This document shows positions 9,751-20,516 of a stretch of DNA of 64,000 bases, one piece after another; position 1 is the stretch's first letter; each line of letters begins with the position of its first letter. Origin of the DNA: Alphaproteobacteria bacterium (GTDB taxonomy: Bacteria; Pseudomonadota; Alphaproteobacteria; CALKHQ01); contig CBDDFZ010000001.1 in NCBI GenBank assembly GCA_965227515.1, forward strand, positions 3,520,001 through 3,584,000. Direction: 5' to 3'. Below the pieces are notes generated by a model. It saw nothing but the letters and a program-made list of their open reading frames with translations. It was not told the origin of the DNA and ran no database searches. The position numbers and the translations under genes are program-made.

Positions 9751-12114
9751 GTGAGCAGCCTGGACCACAAGCTGCTGCGCGCCCTGGTCGCGCTGAAGGC
9801 GCAGGTGCTGGCCATTGCGCTGGTCATCGCGTCGGGCGCGGCCCTGCTGGTGATGGCTCTGACCACCATCGAGGCGCTGGAGGAGACGACGGCCGCCTAT
9901 TACGAGCGGGCCCGCTTCGCCGATGTCTTCGCCACCGTCACCCGCGCGCCAGAGGCCCTGGGCCGCGACATTGCCGCCATTCCGGGCGTGCAGGCGGTCG
10001 AGACCCGCATCGTCGAGGGCGCGGTGCTGGATATCGCCGGGTTCGAGGAGCCGGTGACCGGGCAGCTCATCTCGCTGCCCGACCACGGCCCGCAGGTGCT
10101 CAACATGCTGGTGCTGCGATCCGGCCGCATGGTCGAGCCCGGCCGGCCGGACGAAGTGGTGATCAGCGAGCCCTTCGCCGAGGCGCACGAACTGGTGCCC
10201 GGCGACAGCTTCGATGCCGTGCTCAGCGGCCGAAAACGCACACTGCAGGTGGTGGGCACCGCGCTGAGCCCCGAGTTCGTGCACGCCATTGCACCCGGCG
10301 GACTGATGCCCGATGACGAGCGCTTCGGCATCATCTGGATGGGGCGCGAGGCGCTGGCGGCGGCGTTCGACTTCGACGGCGCGTTCAACAGCGTCACCCT
10401 GGGCCTGGCGCGCCCCGACGACACGCAGCAGGTCATGCTGGAATTGGACGCCCTGCTTGCACCCTATGGCGGCACCGGCGCCATCGCGCGGGCGGACCAG
10501 CTCTCCAACTGGTTCCTGCAGAACGAGATCACCCAGCAGAAGAACATGGCGTCGCTGTTGCCGATGATCTTCCTCGGCGTGGCGGCGTTCCTGACCAACA
10601 TGGTGCTGGCCCGGCTGATCGCGACCGAGCGGCGGGAGATAGGCCTGCTGAAGGCGTTCGGCTATTCGGACCTGGCCGTGGGCTGGCACTATGCCAAGCT
10701 GATCCTGGTCATCGGCGGCATCGGCGTGTTGCTGGGGGCGGTGCTCGGCGCCTGGCTCGGCCAGTTCAACACCAGGCTTTATGCCGAGCTCTACCGCTTC
10801 CCGTTCCTGCTCTACCGGCCGGGCCCCACCAGCTTTGCCATCGCCGGCCTGATCAGCCTGGGTGCAGCGTTGGCCGGCAGCCTGATTACGGTGCGGCGGG
10901 CGATCAAGCTGCCGCCGGCAGCGGCCATGCTGCCGCCGACCCCGCCCAGCTATCGCCGCAGCCGGATCGGGCTCGCAGCCCTTGCCGGCGCGCTCGACGA
11001 GCCGTCGCGGATGGTCATTCGCCGCATCGTCAACTGGCCGCTACGCGCCTTCCTGGCCAGCTTCGGCCTGGCCATGTCGGTCGCCGTCTTGATTATGGGC
11101 CTGCAATGGATCGACGCCATCGACAGCATGGTCGACAGCGTGTTCATCCGCGGCCAGCACCAGGACGCCACGGTGGCCCTGACCGACATCAAGCCGGAAC
11201 GGGTGATGCAGTCGTTCGGGCAACTGCCGGGCGTGATGGCGGTGGAGCCCGCGCGCGGCGTCGCGGCACGGCTGACCAACGGCGCGCTGGTCCAGCGCGA
11301 GGGGATCAGCGGCGTCGCCGAAGGCGCGGTGCTCAGCCCGGTGTACGACGAGAGCGGCACCCGCATCGAGGTACCGCCAGACGGCCTGCTGATGTCGCGC
11401 AAGCTGGCCGAGGTCCTGAACGTCAGGCCGGGCGACACGGTGCGGGTGGAAGTGCTGGAGGGTCGGCGACCCATCCTCGACCTGCCTGTGGTGCGCACGT
11501 TCGACACACTGATCGGCACGCCCGCCTATATGTCGCTGTCGGCACTGAACCGCCTGATGGGCGACGGACGGGTCGTGAACCAGCTCCACATCGCCGTCGA
11601 CGAAGCGCACCAGGCCGCCCTGCTGTCGCAGCTGAAGAACATGCCCTCGGTTGCCGGCGTTCTGTTCCGCCAGGCCGCGATCGACACCTTCTACACCACT
11701 GTCGGCGAAACGATTTACGTCTTCATTGGCTTCTTCGTCGCCTTCGCCGTCGTGCTGTCGGTCGGCGTCACCTACAACTCGATCCGCATCGCGCTGTCGG
11801 AACGGGCGCGCGAACTGGCGACGCTCAGGGTGCTCGGCTTCAGCCGATGGGAGATCTCGTACATCCTGCTCGGTGAGATCGGGCTGCTGACCTGGTTTGC
11901 AATTCCGCTTGGCTGCATTACCGGGTTCGTGCTGGCCTGGTACATCGCCGCCAGTTTCGAGACCGAGCTTTACCGCATTCCGCTGGTCATCCTGGACGCA
12001 ACCTATGGCAAGGCGGCGCTGGTGGCGCTCGCAGCCACCATTCTGTGCGCCGCTGTCGTGCGCCGCCGGCTCGACCGGCTGGACCTGATCGGCGTTCTGA
12101 AGACGAGGGAGTAG
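9751..12114 (+). CDS. FtsX/MacB-like ABC permease with duplicated periplasmic and TM domains
   Basis: Two repeats of the ER.REIG/LA.L...G motif ([25 protein letters not shown]); GTG start after AGGA. Confidence 0.9.
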   Translation: MSSLDHKLLRALVALKAQVLAIALVIASGAALLVMALTTIEALEETTAAYYERARFADVFATVTRAPEALGRDIAAIPGVQAVETRIVEGAVLDIAGFEEPVTGQLISLPDHGPQVLNMLVLRSGRMVEPGRPDEVVISEPFAEAHELVPGDSFDAVLSGRKRTLQVVGTALSPEFVHAIAPGGLMPDDERFGIIWMGREALAAAFDFDGAFNSVTLGLARPDDTQQVMLELDALLAPYGGTGAIARADQLSNWFLQNEITQQKNMASLLPMIFLGVAAFLTNMVLARLIATERREIGLLKAFGYSDLAVGWHYAKLILVIGGIGVLLGAVLGAWLGQFNTRLYAELYRFPFLLYRPGPTSFAIAGLISLGAALAGSLITVRRAIKLPPAAAMLPPTPPSYRRSRIGLAALAGALDEPSRMVIRRIVNWPLRAFLASFGLAMSVAVLIMGLQWIDAIDSMVDSVFIRGQHQDATVALTDIKPERVMQSFGQLPGVMAVEPARGVAARLTNGALVQREGISGVAEGAVLSPVYDESGTRIEVPPDGLLMSRKLAEVLNVRPGDTVRVEVLEGRRPILDLPVVRTFDTLIGTPAYMSLSALNRLMGDGRVVNQLHIAVDEAHQAALLSQLKNMPSVAGVLFRQAAIDTFYTTVGETIYVFIGFFVAFAVVLSVGVTYNSIRIALSERARELATLRVLGFSRWEISYILLGEIGLLTWFAIPLGCITGFVLAWYIAASFETELYRIPLVILDATYGKAALVALAATILCAAVVRRRLDRLDLIGVLKTRE

Positions 12115-12120
12115 CGAGCC

Positions 12121-13320
12121 TTGAAATCCAAGCTGCCGAGACTGGTGATCTGGGGCGGGCTGCTGGCGGTGCTGGCCGCGGCCATTGTCTATGCCCTGCG
12201 CCCCCAGCCGATACAGGTCGACCTGGCCGGCGCCGATATCAGCCTGTTGCGGGTCACCATCGACGAGGAAGGCGAAGCGCGGGTGCGCGACGTCTACACG
12301 CTTTATGCGCCGCTCAGCGGCTACATGCATCGGATCGAGGCGGAGGCCGGCGACGAGGTGGCGGCGGACGTGACCGAGCTTGCCATGATCGAGCCGGCGC
12401 CGCCCGCCTTCCTCGATGTGCGCACCGAGGCTGAGCAGCAGGCCGCGATGGAGGCGGCCGTGGCCGCGCGCAACCTCGCCGCCGCCGAACTCAGCCGCGC
12501 CCAGGCCGATCTGGCCTTCGCTACCTCCGAGCTGGAGCGCGCCAACCGCCTGATCCAGCAGTCCATCATTCCTGAGCGCACTCTGGACGACGCCCGCCGC
12601 GCCCACGCCATTGCCTCGGCCAATTTGGAGATGGCGCAGGCGGCGCTGGCGGTCCGCGAGCACGAACTGGAGCAGGCCCAATCGCGGCTGCTGACCCGCG
12701 CGGAGATCCTGGAGCGCACCGGCGCTTGCGAATGCGTGCCGATCACGGCCCCGGTCAACGGCGTCGTACTGCGGGTTCAGCGCCGCAGCGAAGGGGTCGT
12801 GGAGGCCGGCACGCCGCTGCTCGACATCGGTAACCCCGGCGACCTGGAGGTCGTGGTCTCGCTGCTGTCGGAAGATGCCGTACGGATCGAGCGCGGTCAC
12901 GACGCCATCATCTCTGGCTGGGGCGGCCCCGACCTGGCAGCGATCGTGCAGCGGATCGAACCGTTCGGCGAAACCGAGGTGTCGGCGCTGGGCATCGAGG
13001 AACAGCGCGTCGACGTGGTGCTCGACCTGGCCGACCCGCCGGAACATTGGGCGCGGCTGGGCCACGGATACCGGGTCGACGTGCATGTGATCTTGTTCGA
13101 GGACGAGGTGCTGCGCGTGCCGTTGGGCTCGCTGATCCGCCATGGCGACGGCTGGGCCGTCTACGTCGACGATGACGGCACGGCGCGGCTGCAACCGGTC
13201 GAGGTCGGGCAGCGCAACAGCCTGCACGTCGGCATCGTTGGCGGCCTTGCCGAGGGCCAGCAGGTGGTGCTGTTTCCCGGCGACCGGATCGCCGACGGCG
13301 CCTCCATCGAGCGGAGGTAG
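12121..13320 (+). CDS. HlyD/MacA-family membrane fusion (periplasmic adaptor) protein
   Basis: N-terminal TM helix, long Ala/Glu alpha-hairpin, I.AP..G.V lipoyl motif; TTG start. Confidence 0.9.
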   Translation: MKSKLPRLVIWGGLLAVLAAAIVYALRPQPIQVDLAGADISLLRVTIDEEGEARVRDVYTLYAPLSGYMHRIEAEAGDEVAADVTELAMIEPAPPAFLDVRTEAEQQAAMEAAVAARNLAAAELSRAQADLAFATSELERANRLIQQSIIPERTLDDARRAHAIASANLEMAQAALAVREHELEQAQSRLLTRAEILERTGACECVPITAPVNGVVLRVQRRSEGVVEAGTPLLDIGNPGDLEVVVSLLSEDAVRIERGHDAIISGWGGPDLAAIVQRIEPFGETEVSALGIEEQRVDVVLDLADPPEHWARLGHGYRVDVHVILFEDEVLRVPLGSLIRHGDGWAVYVDDDGTARLQPVEVGQRNSLHVGIVGGLAEGQQVVLFPGDRIADGASIERR

Positions 13321-13406
13321 GCTCGGACCGTCGTTCGGTTGCTGGGTTTGGCCGGCCATTGGGGTAGTGTCGCTGCGCACACGCCGCCGACCAAGAGAGT
13401 CCGACC

Positions 13407-14606
13407 ATGAAGATCACCGCGATCGAGACCATCCGTCTCGCCGAATTCCCCAACCTGTTGTGGGTGGAGGTGCGCACCGACGAGGGCGTGACCGGGCTCG
13501 GCGAAACGTTCTTCGGGGCCGCGGCGGTCGAGGCCCATATCCACGAGACGGCGGCACCAAAGCTGATCGGCCGCGATCCGCTCGCCATCGACCGCATCGC
13601 CAAGGACCTGGTCGGCTATATAGGCTTCCGCGCGGCGGGCGCGGAGACGCGCGGCAACTCCGCCATCGACATCGCGCTGTGGGACCTGTTCGGCAAGGCC
13701 ACCGGCCAGCCGTTGGCGCAATTGCTGGGCGGTTTCTCGCGGCCCAGCATCCGCACCTACAACACCTGCGCCGGCTCCCACTATGTGCGCGAAGCGAGCG
13801 GTCAGCGCACCACCAACTGGGGGCTTGGCGAGCAGCGCGAGTACGACGACCTGAGCATGTTCCTGACCCGCGCCGACGACCTGGCCGAGGAGCTGCTGGA
13901 CGACGGCATCACGGCGATGAAGATCTGGCCGTTCGACCCGGCGGCCGAGGCATCGGATGGTCACTACATTTCAGCCAGTGACCTTAAGAAGGCGCTGGAA
14001 CCGTTTGATAAGATACGCAAACGGGTCGGCGACCGCATGGACATCATGGTCGAGTTCCACTCGCTGTGGCAGTTGCTGCCGGCGATGCAGATCGCCCGTG
14101 CGCTGGCGCCCTACAACACCTTCTGGCACGAGGACCCGATCAAGATGGACAGCCTCGGCAGCCTGCGCCGCTATGCCGAGGCGAGCACGGCCCCGATTTG
14201 CGCGTCGGAGACGCTGTCCTCGCGCTGGGCGTTTCGCGACCTGCTGGAAACCGGGGTGGCCGGTGTGGTGATGCTCGACATCTCGTGGTGCGGCGGCATC
14301 TCCGAGGCGCGCAAGATCGCGGCGATGGCGGAGGCATGGCACCTGCCGGTGGCGCCGCACGACTGCACCGGCCCGGTGGTGCTGGCCGCCTCCACCCACC
14401 TGTCGCTGAACGCGCCGAACGCGCTGGTGCAGGAGAGCGTGCGCGGCTTCTACCGCACCTGGTACCGCGACCTGGTGACCGCGTTGCCAGACGTCTCCGA
14501 CGGCATGATCACGGTACCGCCCGGGCCCGGCCATGGGCTGGAGCTTCGGGCCGACCTGGCCGAGCGCTTCACCATGACCCGCCGCACCGCAGACGCCGAC
14601 ACCTGA
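13407..14606 (+). CDS. mandelate racemase/muconate lactonizing enzyme family protein
   Basis: GLGETF, SAIDIALWD, MKIWPFD, VEFH, HEDP, ASE, APHDC motifs. Confidence 0.92.
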   Translation: MKITAIETIRLAEFPNLLWVEVRTDEGVTGLGETFFGAAAVEAHIHETAAPKLIGRDPLAIDRIAKDLVGYIGFRAAGAETRGNSAIDIALWDLFGKATGQPLAQLLGGFSRPSIRTYNTCAGSHYVREASGQRTTNWGLGEQREYDDLSMFLTRADDLAEELLDDGITAMKIWPFDPAAEASDGHYISASDLKKALEPFDKIRKRVGDRMDIMVEFHSLWQLLPAMQIARALAPYNTFWHEDPIKMDSLGSLRRYAEASTAPICASETLSSRWAFRDLLETGVAGVVMLDISWCGGISEARKIAAMAEAWHLPVAPHDCTGPVVLAASTHLSLNAPNALVQESVRGFYRTWYRDLVTALPDVSDGMITVPPGPGHGLELRADLAERFTMTRRTADADT

Positions 14607-14636
14607 GCCGACGGCGCGCGCCCGACCTCCGCTGGA

Positions 14637-14654
14637 GCGTCATGGCACTGTCAT
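14637..14654 (+). promoter_or_regulatory. putative Pho box (PhoB site) upstream of phnG
   Basis: GCGTCAT-GGCA-CTGTCAT is a 7-4-7 direct repeat like CTGTCAT-N4-CTGTCAT; TACGAT -10-like hexamer at 14673-14678. Confidence 0.7.
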
Positions 14655-14742
14655 TTGGTTTTGCCTGGGGGATACGATATAGGCGCTGGTTCTGTCCGCC
14701 CCAGCAAACCCTGCCAACGACGAGTCCGGCCGAGCTTTCGCC

Positions 14743-15204
14743 ATGCCGCACACCGAAGAACAGCGCAAATCCTGGCTTCGCGCACTGGCTTTGGCCACCG
14801 GCGAAGAGTTGTCGGCGGCGTGGGCTCTGGTGGACGAGGCCCCGTCCTTTGAGGTGCTGAAAGGCCCCGAAGTCGGGTTGGCGATGGCGCGCGGGCGGAC
14901 CGGCGGCACTGGCGCCGCGTTCAATGTCGGCGAGGTCAGCGTGACCCGGTGCGTGGTCAGCGCGACCGACCAATCCACTGGCAGTAACCTTCACGGCGTC
15001 GGGTTCGTAACCGGGCGCGACACGGAGCGTGCCCTGCTGGTCGCGCGGCTGGACGCCCTGTTCCAGGACAGCGCCCAGGGAGCGAAAGCACGCGCCGCCG
15101 TGCTGGCGCATCTCGACAACGCGCTGGCGGAGCGCCGCGCAACGCAGGCGGCGCGCACCGCCGCGACCCGCGTCGACTTCTTCACCATGCAGCGGGGCGA
15201 GTGA
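14743..15204 (+). CDS. phnG: C-P lyase subunit PhnG
   Basis: PEVGL.M.RGR.GGTG..FN.GE..VTRC; C-terminal TRVDFFTM.RGE. Confidence 0.95.
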   Translation: MPHTEEQRKSWLRALALATGEELSAAWALVDEAPSFEVLKGPEVGLAMARGRTGGTGAAFNVGEVSVTRCVVSATDQSTGSNLHGVGFVTGRDTERALLVARLDALFQDSAQGAKARAAVLAHLDNALAERRATQAARTAATRVDFFTMQRGE

Positions 15205-15803
15205 TGCCGGTGACTGGAACGATTGCGGCAAACGATCCGGTGCTTGCCGACCAGCGGACCTTTCGGGCGTTGCTGGATGCGCTCGCCCGGCCGGGCCAGA
15301 TCACGGCGCTGGACCCTATGGGCGGCACCGTACCCTCGCCCCTGTTGGCGGCGTCGGCGGCGGTCGCCCGTTGCCTGTTCGACCACACCACGGCGATATG
15401 GCTGGACCCGGCATGCGACACCGAGCCGGTGCGCGCGTTCCTGCGCTTGCACACGGGTGCGCGGTTGACCGACGATGCCGGCGTGGCTGAATTCGCGGTT
15501 TGCCCGGTCGACGGACTCGCCGCGCGCATCCCCACCTTCAAGGCAGGCACGGCCGACTACCCGGACCGCTCGGCGACGGTGATCGTGCAAGTGGCCGAAC
15601 TGCAGGATCACGGCGGCCCGCGCCTGACCGGCCCTGGCATCGACGGTGCCGCGCGGTTCTCGTTTGCCGGCGCCGACGATGCGCTGTGGCAGGCGCTGCG
15701 CGTGAACCACCGGCGGTTTCCGCTCGGCATCGACTGCGTCTTCTGCACGCAAGACAAGGTCGCGTGCCTGCCCCGCTCAACCCGGATCGAGATCGAGGAC
15801 TGA
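15204..15803 (+). CDS. phnH: C-P lyase subunit PhnH
   Basis: Q.TFR.LL.A.ARPG, GT..YPDRSAT, L.GPGI, FPLG.D, LPRST; TGATG coupling to phnG. Confidence 0.95.
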   Translation: MPVTGTIAANDPVLADQRTFRALLDALARPGQITALDPMGGTVPSPLLAASAAVARCLFDHTTAIWLDPACDTEPVRAFLRLHTGARLTDDAGVAEFAVCPVDGLAARIPTFKAGTADYPDRSATVIVQVAELQDHGGPRLTGPGIDGAARFSFAGADDALWQALRVNHRRFPLGIDCVFCTQDKVACLPRSTRIEIED

Positions 15804-15806
15804 GCC

Positions 15807-16928
15807 ATGTATGTCGCGGTCAAGGGTGGCGAAAAGGCCATCGACAATGCCCATGCGCTGCTGGCCCACGAGCGGCGCGGCGACCCGGCCACGCCCGAAC
15901 TGAGCGTCGCCCAGATCCGCGAGCAGATGTCGCTCGCCGTCGACCGGGTGATGGCGGAAGGCTCGCTCTACGACCGCGACCTGGCCGCGCTCGCCATCAA
16001 GCAGGCGCGCGGTGACCTGGTGGAGGCGATCTTCCTGATCCGCGCCTACCGCACCACCCTGCCCCGGCTGGCCGACTGCCAGCCGCTGGACACCGCGGGC
16101 ATGCTGATCGAGCGCCGGATCTCGGCCACCTACAAGGACCTACCGGGCGGCCAGGTGCTTGGCCCGACCTTCGACTACACCCACCGCCTGCTTGACTTCG
16201 CGCTGGCGGCCGAGGGCGGCACGGTGCCGACGCCCGCGCGCGGCGACACGCCGACCGAGGCCAATGGCACGACGCCACGGGTCGCCGACCTGCTGGCCGG
16301 CGAGGCGCTGCTGGCACGGGAGGCCGATGACGGCACCAAGCCCGCGCCCGGCGACCTGACCCGCGAGCCGATCTCGTTCCCCGCCGACCGTGACGTCCGC
16401 CTGCAATCGTTGGCCCGCGCCGACGAAGGCTATGTGCTGGCAATGGCCTATTCCAGCCAGCGTGGCTATGGCCGCACCCATCCGTTTGCCGGCGAAATCC
16501 GCTTCGGCGCAGTCGAGGTCGAGGTCTTCGACGAGATGCTGGGCTTCGCGGTCACGGTCGGCGAGATCAAGGTGACCGAGTGCGAGATGGTCAACCAGTT
16601 CCAGGGTTCGAAATCGGCGCCGCCGCAGTTCACCCGCGGCTACGGGCTGGTGTTCGGCTACAACGAGCGCAAGGCGATGGCGATGGCGCTGGTCGACCGC
16701 TCGTTGCAGGCGCGCGAGCTGGGCGAGCCGGTCGACGCTCCGGTGCAGGACGAGGAGTTCGTGCTGATGCACGGCGACAACGTCGAGGCATCGGGCTTCG
16801 TGCAGCACCTGAAGCTGCCCCATTACGTCGACTTCCAGTCCGAGCTGGAACTGGTGCGCAAGATGCGCCGCGAGCACGAGCAGGGCCGCTGGCAGACGCA
16901 GGAGGTGGACAATGCCGCCGCCGAATAG
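15807..16928 (+). CDS. phnI: C-P lyase subunit PhnI
   Basis: MYVAVKGGE.AI, RRISATYKDLPGGQ.LGPT, HLKLPHYVDFQ. Confidence 0.97.
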   Translation: MYVAVKGGEKAIDNAHALLAHERRGDPATPELSVAQIREQMSLAVDRVMAEGSLYDRDLAALAIKQARGDLVEAIFLIRAYRTTLPRLADCQPLDTAGMLIERRISATYKDLPGGQVLGPTFDYTHRLLDFALAAEGGTVPTPARGDTPTEANGTTPRVADLLAGEALLAREADDGTKPAPGDLTREPISFPADRDVRLQSLARADEGYVLAMAYSSQRGYGRTHPFAGEIRFGAVEVEVFDEMLGFAVTVGEIKVTECEMVNQFQGSKSAPPQFTRGYGLVFGYNERKAMAMALVDRSLQARELGEPVDAPVQDEEFVLMHGDNVEASGFVQHLKLPHYVDFQSELELVRKMRREHEQGRWQTQEVDNAAAE

Positions 16929-17841
16929 CGCCGCTGCCCAGCCGGAAGACTCCGCCGCGCCGCGCGACCAGGGCTACAACTTCGCGTTCCTGGACGAGCA
17001 GACCAAGCGGATGATCCGCCGCACGATCCTGAAGGCGGTCGCGATTCCCGGCTATCAGGCGCCGTTCGCCAGCCGGGAGATGCCGATGCCCTATGGCTGG
17101 GGTACCGGCGGCATACAGCTCACCGCCGCGCTGATCGGCCCGGCCGACGTGCTGAAGGTCATCGACCAGGGCTCCGACGACACCACCAACGCCATCAGCA
17201 TCCGCAAGTTCTTCGCCCGGGTGACCGGGGTCGCCACCACCGAGCGGACCGAGGACGCGACCCTGATCCAGACCCGCCACCGCATTCCGGAGGCCGATCT
17301 GGGCGCGCACCAGATCCTGGTCTACCAGGTGCCGATCCCCGAGCCGCTGCGCTTCCTGGAGCCGCGCGAGACCGAGACCCGGCAGATGCACGCGCTGGAG
17401 GATTACGGCCTGATGCACGTGAAGCTCTACGAGGACATCGCGCGCCACGGCCACATCGCCACCAGCTACGCCTATCCGGTGAAGGTCTCCGACCGCTACA
17501 TCATGGACCCCTCGCCGATCCCGAAGTTCGACAACCCGAAGATGGACGGCATGGCCGCCCTCCAGCTCTTCGGCGCCGGGCGCGAGCAGCGTATCTACGC
17601 GATCCCGCCGCATACGCCGGTGAAGAGCCTGGACTTCGATGACTACCCGTTCGAGAAGCCGACCTGGGAGGCCAACTGCGCGCTGTGCGGCAGCGGCACC
17701 TCGTACCTGGACGAGATCATTCTGGATGATGCCGGGCGGCGGATGTTCGTGTGCTCGGACACCGACTATTGCGGGCGCCGCCGCGCCGATGGCCATACCG
17801 GCAGCGCCAGCGCGGTGTGGATCGAGGACGACCGGACGTGA
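16912..17841 (+). CDS. phnJ: alpha-D-ribose 1-methylphosphonate 5-phosphate C-P lyase PhnJ
   Basis: YNFAFLDEQTKRMIRR, AIPGYQ, PSPIPKFDN, CALCG...CSDTDYC Fe-S/catalytic cysteines. Confidence 0.97.
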   Translation: MPPPNSAAAQPEDSAAPRDQGYNFAFLDEQTKRMIRRTILKAVAIPGYQAPFASREMPMPYGWGTGGIQLTAALIGPADVLKVIDQGSDDTTNAISIRKFFARVTGVATTERTEDATLIQTRHRIPEADLGAHQILVYQVPIPEPLRFLEPRETETRQMHALEDYGLMHVKLYEDIARHGHIATSYAYPVKVSDRYIMDPSPIPKFDNPKMDGMAALQLFGAGREQRIYAIPPHTPVKSLDFDDYPFEKPTWEANCALCGSGTSYLDEIILDDAGRRMFVCSDTDYCGRRRADGHTGSASAVWIEDDRT

Positions 17842-18620
17842 ACGCGCCCGACAACCCGCTGCTGCGTGCCGACAATGTCGCCCACTACTACGGGCACCGG
17901 GTCGGTTGCCGCGACGTCAGCTTCGACCTCTATCCCCGCGAAATCATTGGCGTTGTCGGTGAATCGGGATCCGGCAAGTCGACCCTGCTGAAGGTGCTGT
18001 CCGGGCAGATGCCGGCGAGCGAGGGCAGCGTGGTCTATCGCGACCGCACCGGCGCCGATGTCGACGTGCACGCGACCAGCGAGGCGACGCGCCGCATGCT
18101 GATGCGCACCGACTGGGCGTTCGTGCACCAGCACGCCCGCGACGGACTGCGCATGAACGTGTCGGCCGGCGCCAATGTCGGCGAGCGGCTGATGGCCATC
18201 GGGCAGCGGCACTACGGCGACATCCGCCATAGCGCCGAGGATTGGCTGGACCGGGTGGAGGTGGCGACCGACCGCATCGACGACCTGCCGGCCACCTTTT
18301 CCGGCGGCATGCAACAGCGGCTGCAGATCGCACGCAACCTGGTGACCCAGCCGCGGATCGTGTTCATGGACGAGCCGACCAGCGGCCTCGACGTCTCGGT
18401 GCAGGCCCGCCTGCTCGACCTGATCCGCGGGCTGGTGGCCGATCTGGAGCTCTCCGCGATCATCGTTACCCACGATCTGGCGGTCGCGCGCCTGCTGGCC
18501 CACCGCCTGATGGTGATGAAGGACGGCGCCGTCGTCGAGGCCGGGCTGACCGACCAGGTGCTCGACGACCCACAGCATCCATATTCGCAGCTCCTCGTCG
18601 CCTCCATCCTGCCAACTTGA
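17838..18620 (+). CDS. phnK: C-P lyase ABC-ATPase PhnK
   Basis: GESGSGKST, FSGGMQQRLQIARNLV, DVSVQARLLD; GTGA overlap with phnJ. Confidence 0.95.
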   Translation: MNAPDNPLLRADNVAHYYGHRVGCRDVSFDLYPREIIGVVGESGSGKSTLLKVLSGQMPASEGSVVYRDRTGADVDVHATSEATRRMLMRTDWAFVHQHARDGLRMNVSAGANVGERLMAIGQRHYGDIRHSAEDWLDRVEVATDRIDDLPATFSGGMQQRLQIARNLVTQPRIVFMDEPTSGLDVSVQARLLDLIRGLVADLELSAIIVTHDLAVARLLAHRLMVMKDGAVVEAGLTDQVLDDPQHPYSQLLVASILPT

Positions 18621-18637
18621 GAGCCTACCCAGGACCC

Positions 18638-19345
18638 ATGGGCGCAAACACCAAGATCGACCTCCGCGGCGTTTCGAAATCATTCACGCTCCACGTGCAG
18701 GACGGCGTGCAAATTCCTGTTCTGGATCGTTTTTCATTGCGGGTCGATGCCGGCGACTGCGCCGCCCTGGTCGGTCCCTCCGGCGCGGGCAAGAGCACGA
18801 TCCTGCGCATCATCTTCGCCAGCTACCTGACCACCGCCGGCCAGGTGCTGCTGCGCCACGGCAGCGACTGGATCGACATGGCGAGCGCCCACCCGCACGC
18901 GGTGCTGGACGTGCGGCGGCGCACGCTGGGCTATGTCTCGCAGTTCCTGCGCATCGTGCCCCGGGTACCGGCGCTGGACATCGTTGCCGAACCGCTGCGG
19001 ACCCTCGGCACGCCGGCGGACGAGGCGCGCGACCGCGCCGCCATGCTGTTGCGCCGCCTCAATGTGCCGGAAAATCTGTGGCCACTGTCGCCGATGACCT
19101 TTTCCGGCGGCGAGCAGCAGCGCATCAACATCGCGCGGTGCTTCGTGCACCCCTACCCGATCCTGCTGCTGGACGAGCCGACGGCAAGCCTGGATGCCGA
19201 GAACCGTGACGTTGTCGCCGCGCTGATCCGCGAGGCGTGCGCGAACGGGGCCGCCATCCTGGGCATCTTCCATGACCGGGAGGTGCGCCAGGCCATCGGC
19301 GCCAGGGAAGTCGAGGTCGCACCGATCAGGACCCAGGCGGCATGA
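18638..19345 (+). CDS. phnL: C-P lyase ABC-ATPase PhnL
   Basis: KSFTLH, GPSGAGKS, GYVSQFLR..PRV, FSGGEQQR.NIAR, GIFHD. Confidence 0.95.
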   Translation: MGANTKIDLRGVSKSFTLHVQDGVQIPVLDRFSLRVDAGDCAALVGPSGAGKSTILRIIFASYLTTAGQVLLRHGSDWIDMASAHPHAVLDVRRRTLGYVSQFLRIVPRVPALDIVAEPLRTLGTPADEARDRAAMLLRRLNVPENLWPLSPMTFSGGEQQRINIARCFVHPYPILLLDEPTASLDAENRDVVAALIREACANGAAILGIFHDREVRQAIGAREVEVAPIRTQAA

Positions 19346-20484
19346 CCGAGACCGTTTTCACCAACGCGCAGGTGGCACTGGCCGACGAGGTTATCGACGG
19401 CACGGTCGTAGTGCGCGATGGCGAGATCGCCGAGGTGGCGGCGGGCCGGTCGGCCATTCCATCCGCCATCGATCTCGGCGGCGACATCCTGATGCCGGGC
19501 ATGGTCGAGCTCCACACCGACAACCTGGAAAAGCACCTGACGCCGCGACCGAAGACCGACTGGCCGGCGACCGCGGCGCTGGTCGCCCACGACAGCCAGC
19601 TCACCGCCGCCGGCATCACCACGGTGTTCGACAGCATCTCGGTCGGCGCGGTGGTGGCGAAGAGCGACCGGCTGACCAAGCTGCAATCCATCGTCGAGGC
19701 GATCGAGACCGGCGTCGCCAACAACCTGTTGCGCGCAGAGCACCATCTGCACTTGAGGTGTGAGGTCGCCTACGCCGAGCTGCCGCAACTACTGGAACCG
19801 CTGATTGCACACCCGTTGGTTGGGCTGGTCTCGATCATGGACCACACCCCGGGGCAGCGGCAATTCGTGTCCGAGGAGGCGTACCGCACTTATTACCAGG
19901 GCAAGTACGGGCTGACCGACGACCAGATGGAGACCTTCATCCGCGACCGCAAGGCGGACCAGCGCGCCTATGGCGAGGCGCATCGGCGCTACGCCGTGGA
20001 GCGCGCCCGCGCACTGGGCCACAGCCTGGCGAGCCACGACGACGCCACGCCCGAACACGTGGCGGAGGCGCTGGCGGACGGCATGTCGTTTGCCGAGTTC
20101 CCCACCACGGTAGAGGCGGCACAGGCGGCCCACGCCGCCGGACTGGCGGTGATGATGGGCGCGCCCAATCTGGTGCGCGGCCGCTCGCACTCCGGCAACG
20201 TCTCCGCCCGCGATCTCGCCGCGCTGGATGCGCTGGACATCGTCTCCAGCGACTACATCCCGAACGCGCTGCTGCACGCCGCCTTCCTGCTGGACGACAC
20301 GCTGCCGAACTTCAACCTGCCCAAGGCGGTGCGCACGGTGACCAAGGCGCCGGCCGACGCCGCCGGGATGCATGACCGGGGCGAGATCGCCGCCGGCAAG
20401 CGCGCCGACCTGATCCGCGTCCACCGCTCGCCGCACCACCCGCTGATCCGCGGGGTCTGGCGTGGTGGTGAGAGGATTGCGTAG
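19342..20484 (+). CDS. phnM: alpha-D-ribose 1-methylphosphonate 5-triphosphate diphosphatase PhnM
   Basis: ELHTDNLE, MDHTPGQRQF, ASHDD, GAPN.VRG.SHSGN, SSDY. Confidence 0.96.
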   Translation: MTETVFTNAQVALADEVIDGTVVVRDGEIAEVAAGRSAIPSAIDLGGDILMPGMVELHTDNLEKHLTPRPKTDWPATAALVAHDSQLTAAGITTVFDSISVGAVVAKSDRLTKLQSIVEAIETGVANNLLRAEHHLHLRCEVAYAELPQLLEPLIAHPLVGLVSIMDHTPGQRQFVSEEAYRTYYQGKYGLTDDQMETFIRDRKADQRAYGEAHRRYAVERARALGHSLASHDDATPEHVAEALADGMSFAEFPTTVEAAQAAHAAGLAVMMGAPNLVRGRSHSGNVSARDLAALDALDIVSSDYIPNALLHAAFLLDDTLPNFNLPKAVRTVTKAPADAAGMHDRGEIAAGKRADLIRVHRSPHHPLIRGVWRGGERIA

Positions 20485-20516
20485 CCCGCGCGTAGCCCCC
20501 AACCGACGAGGCGCCC

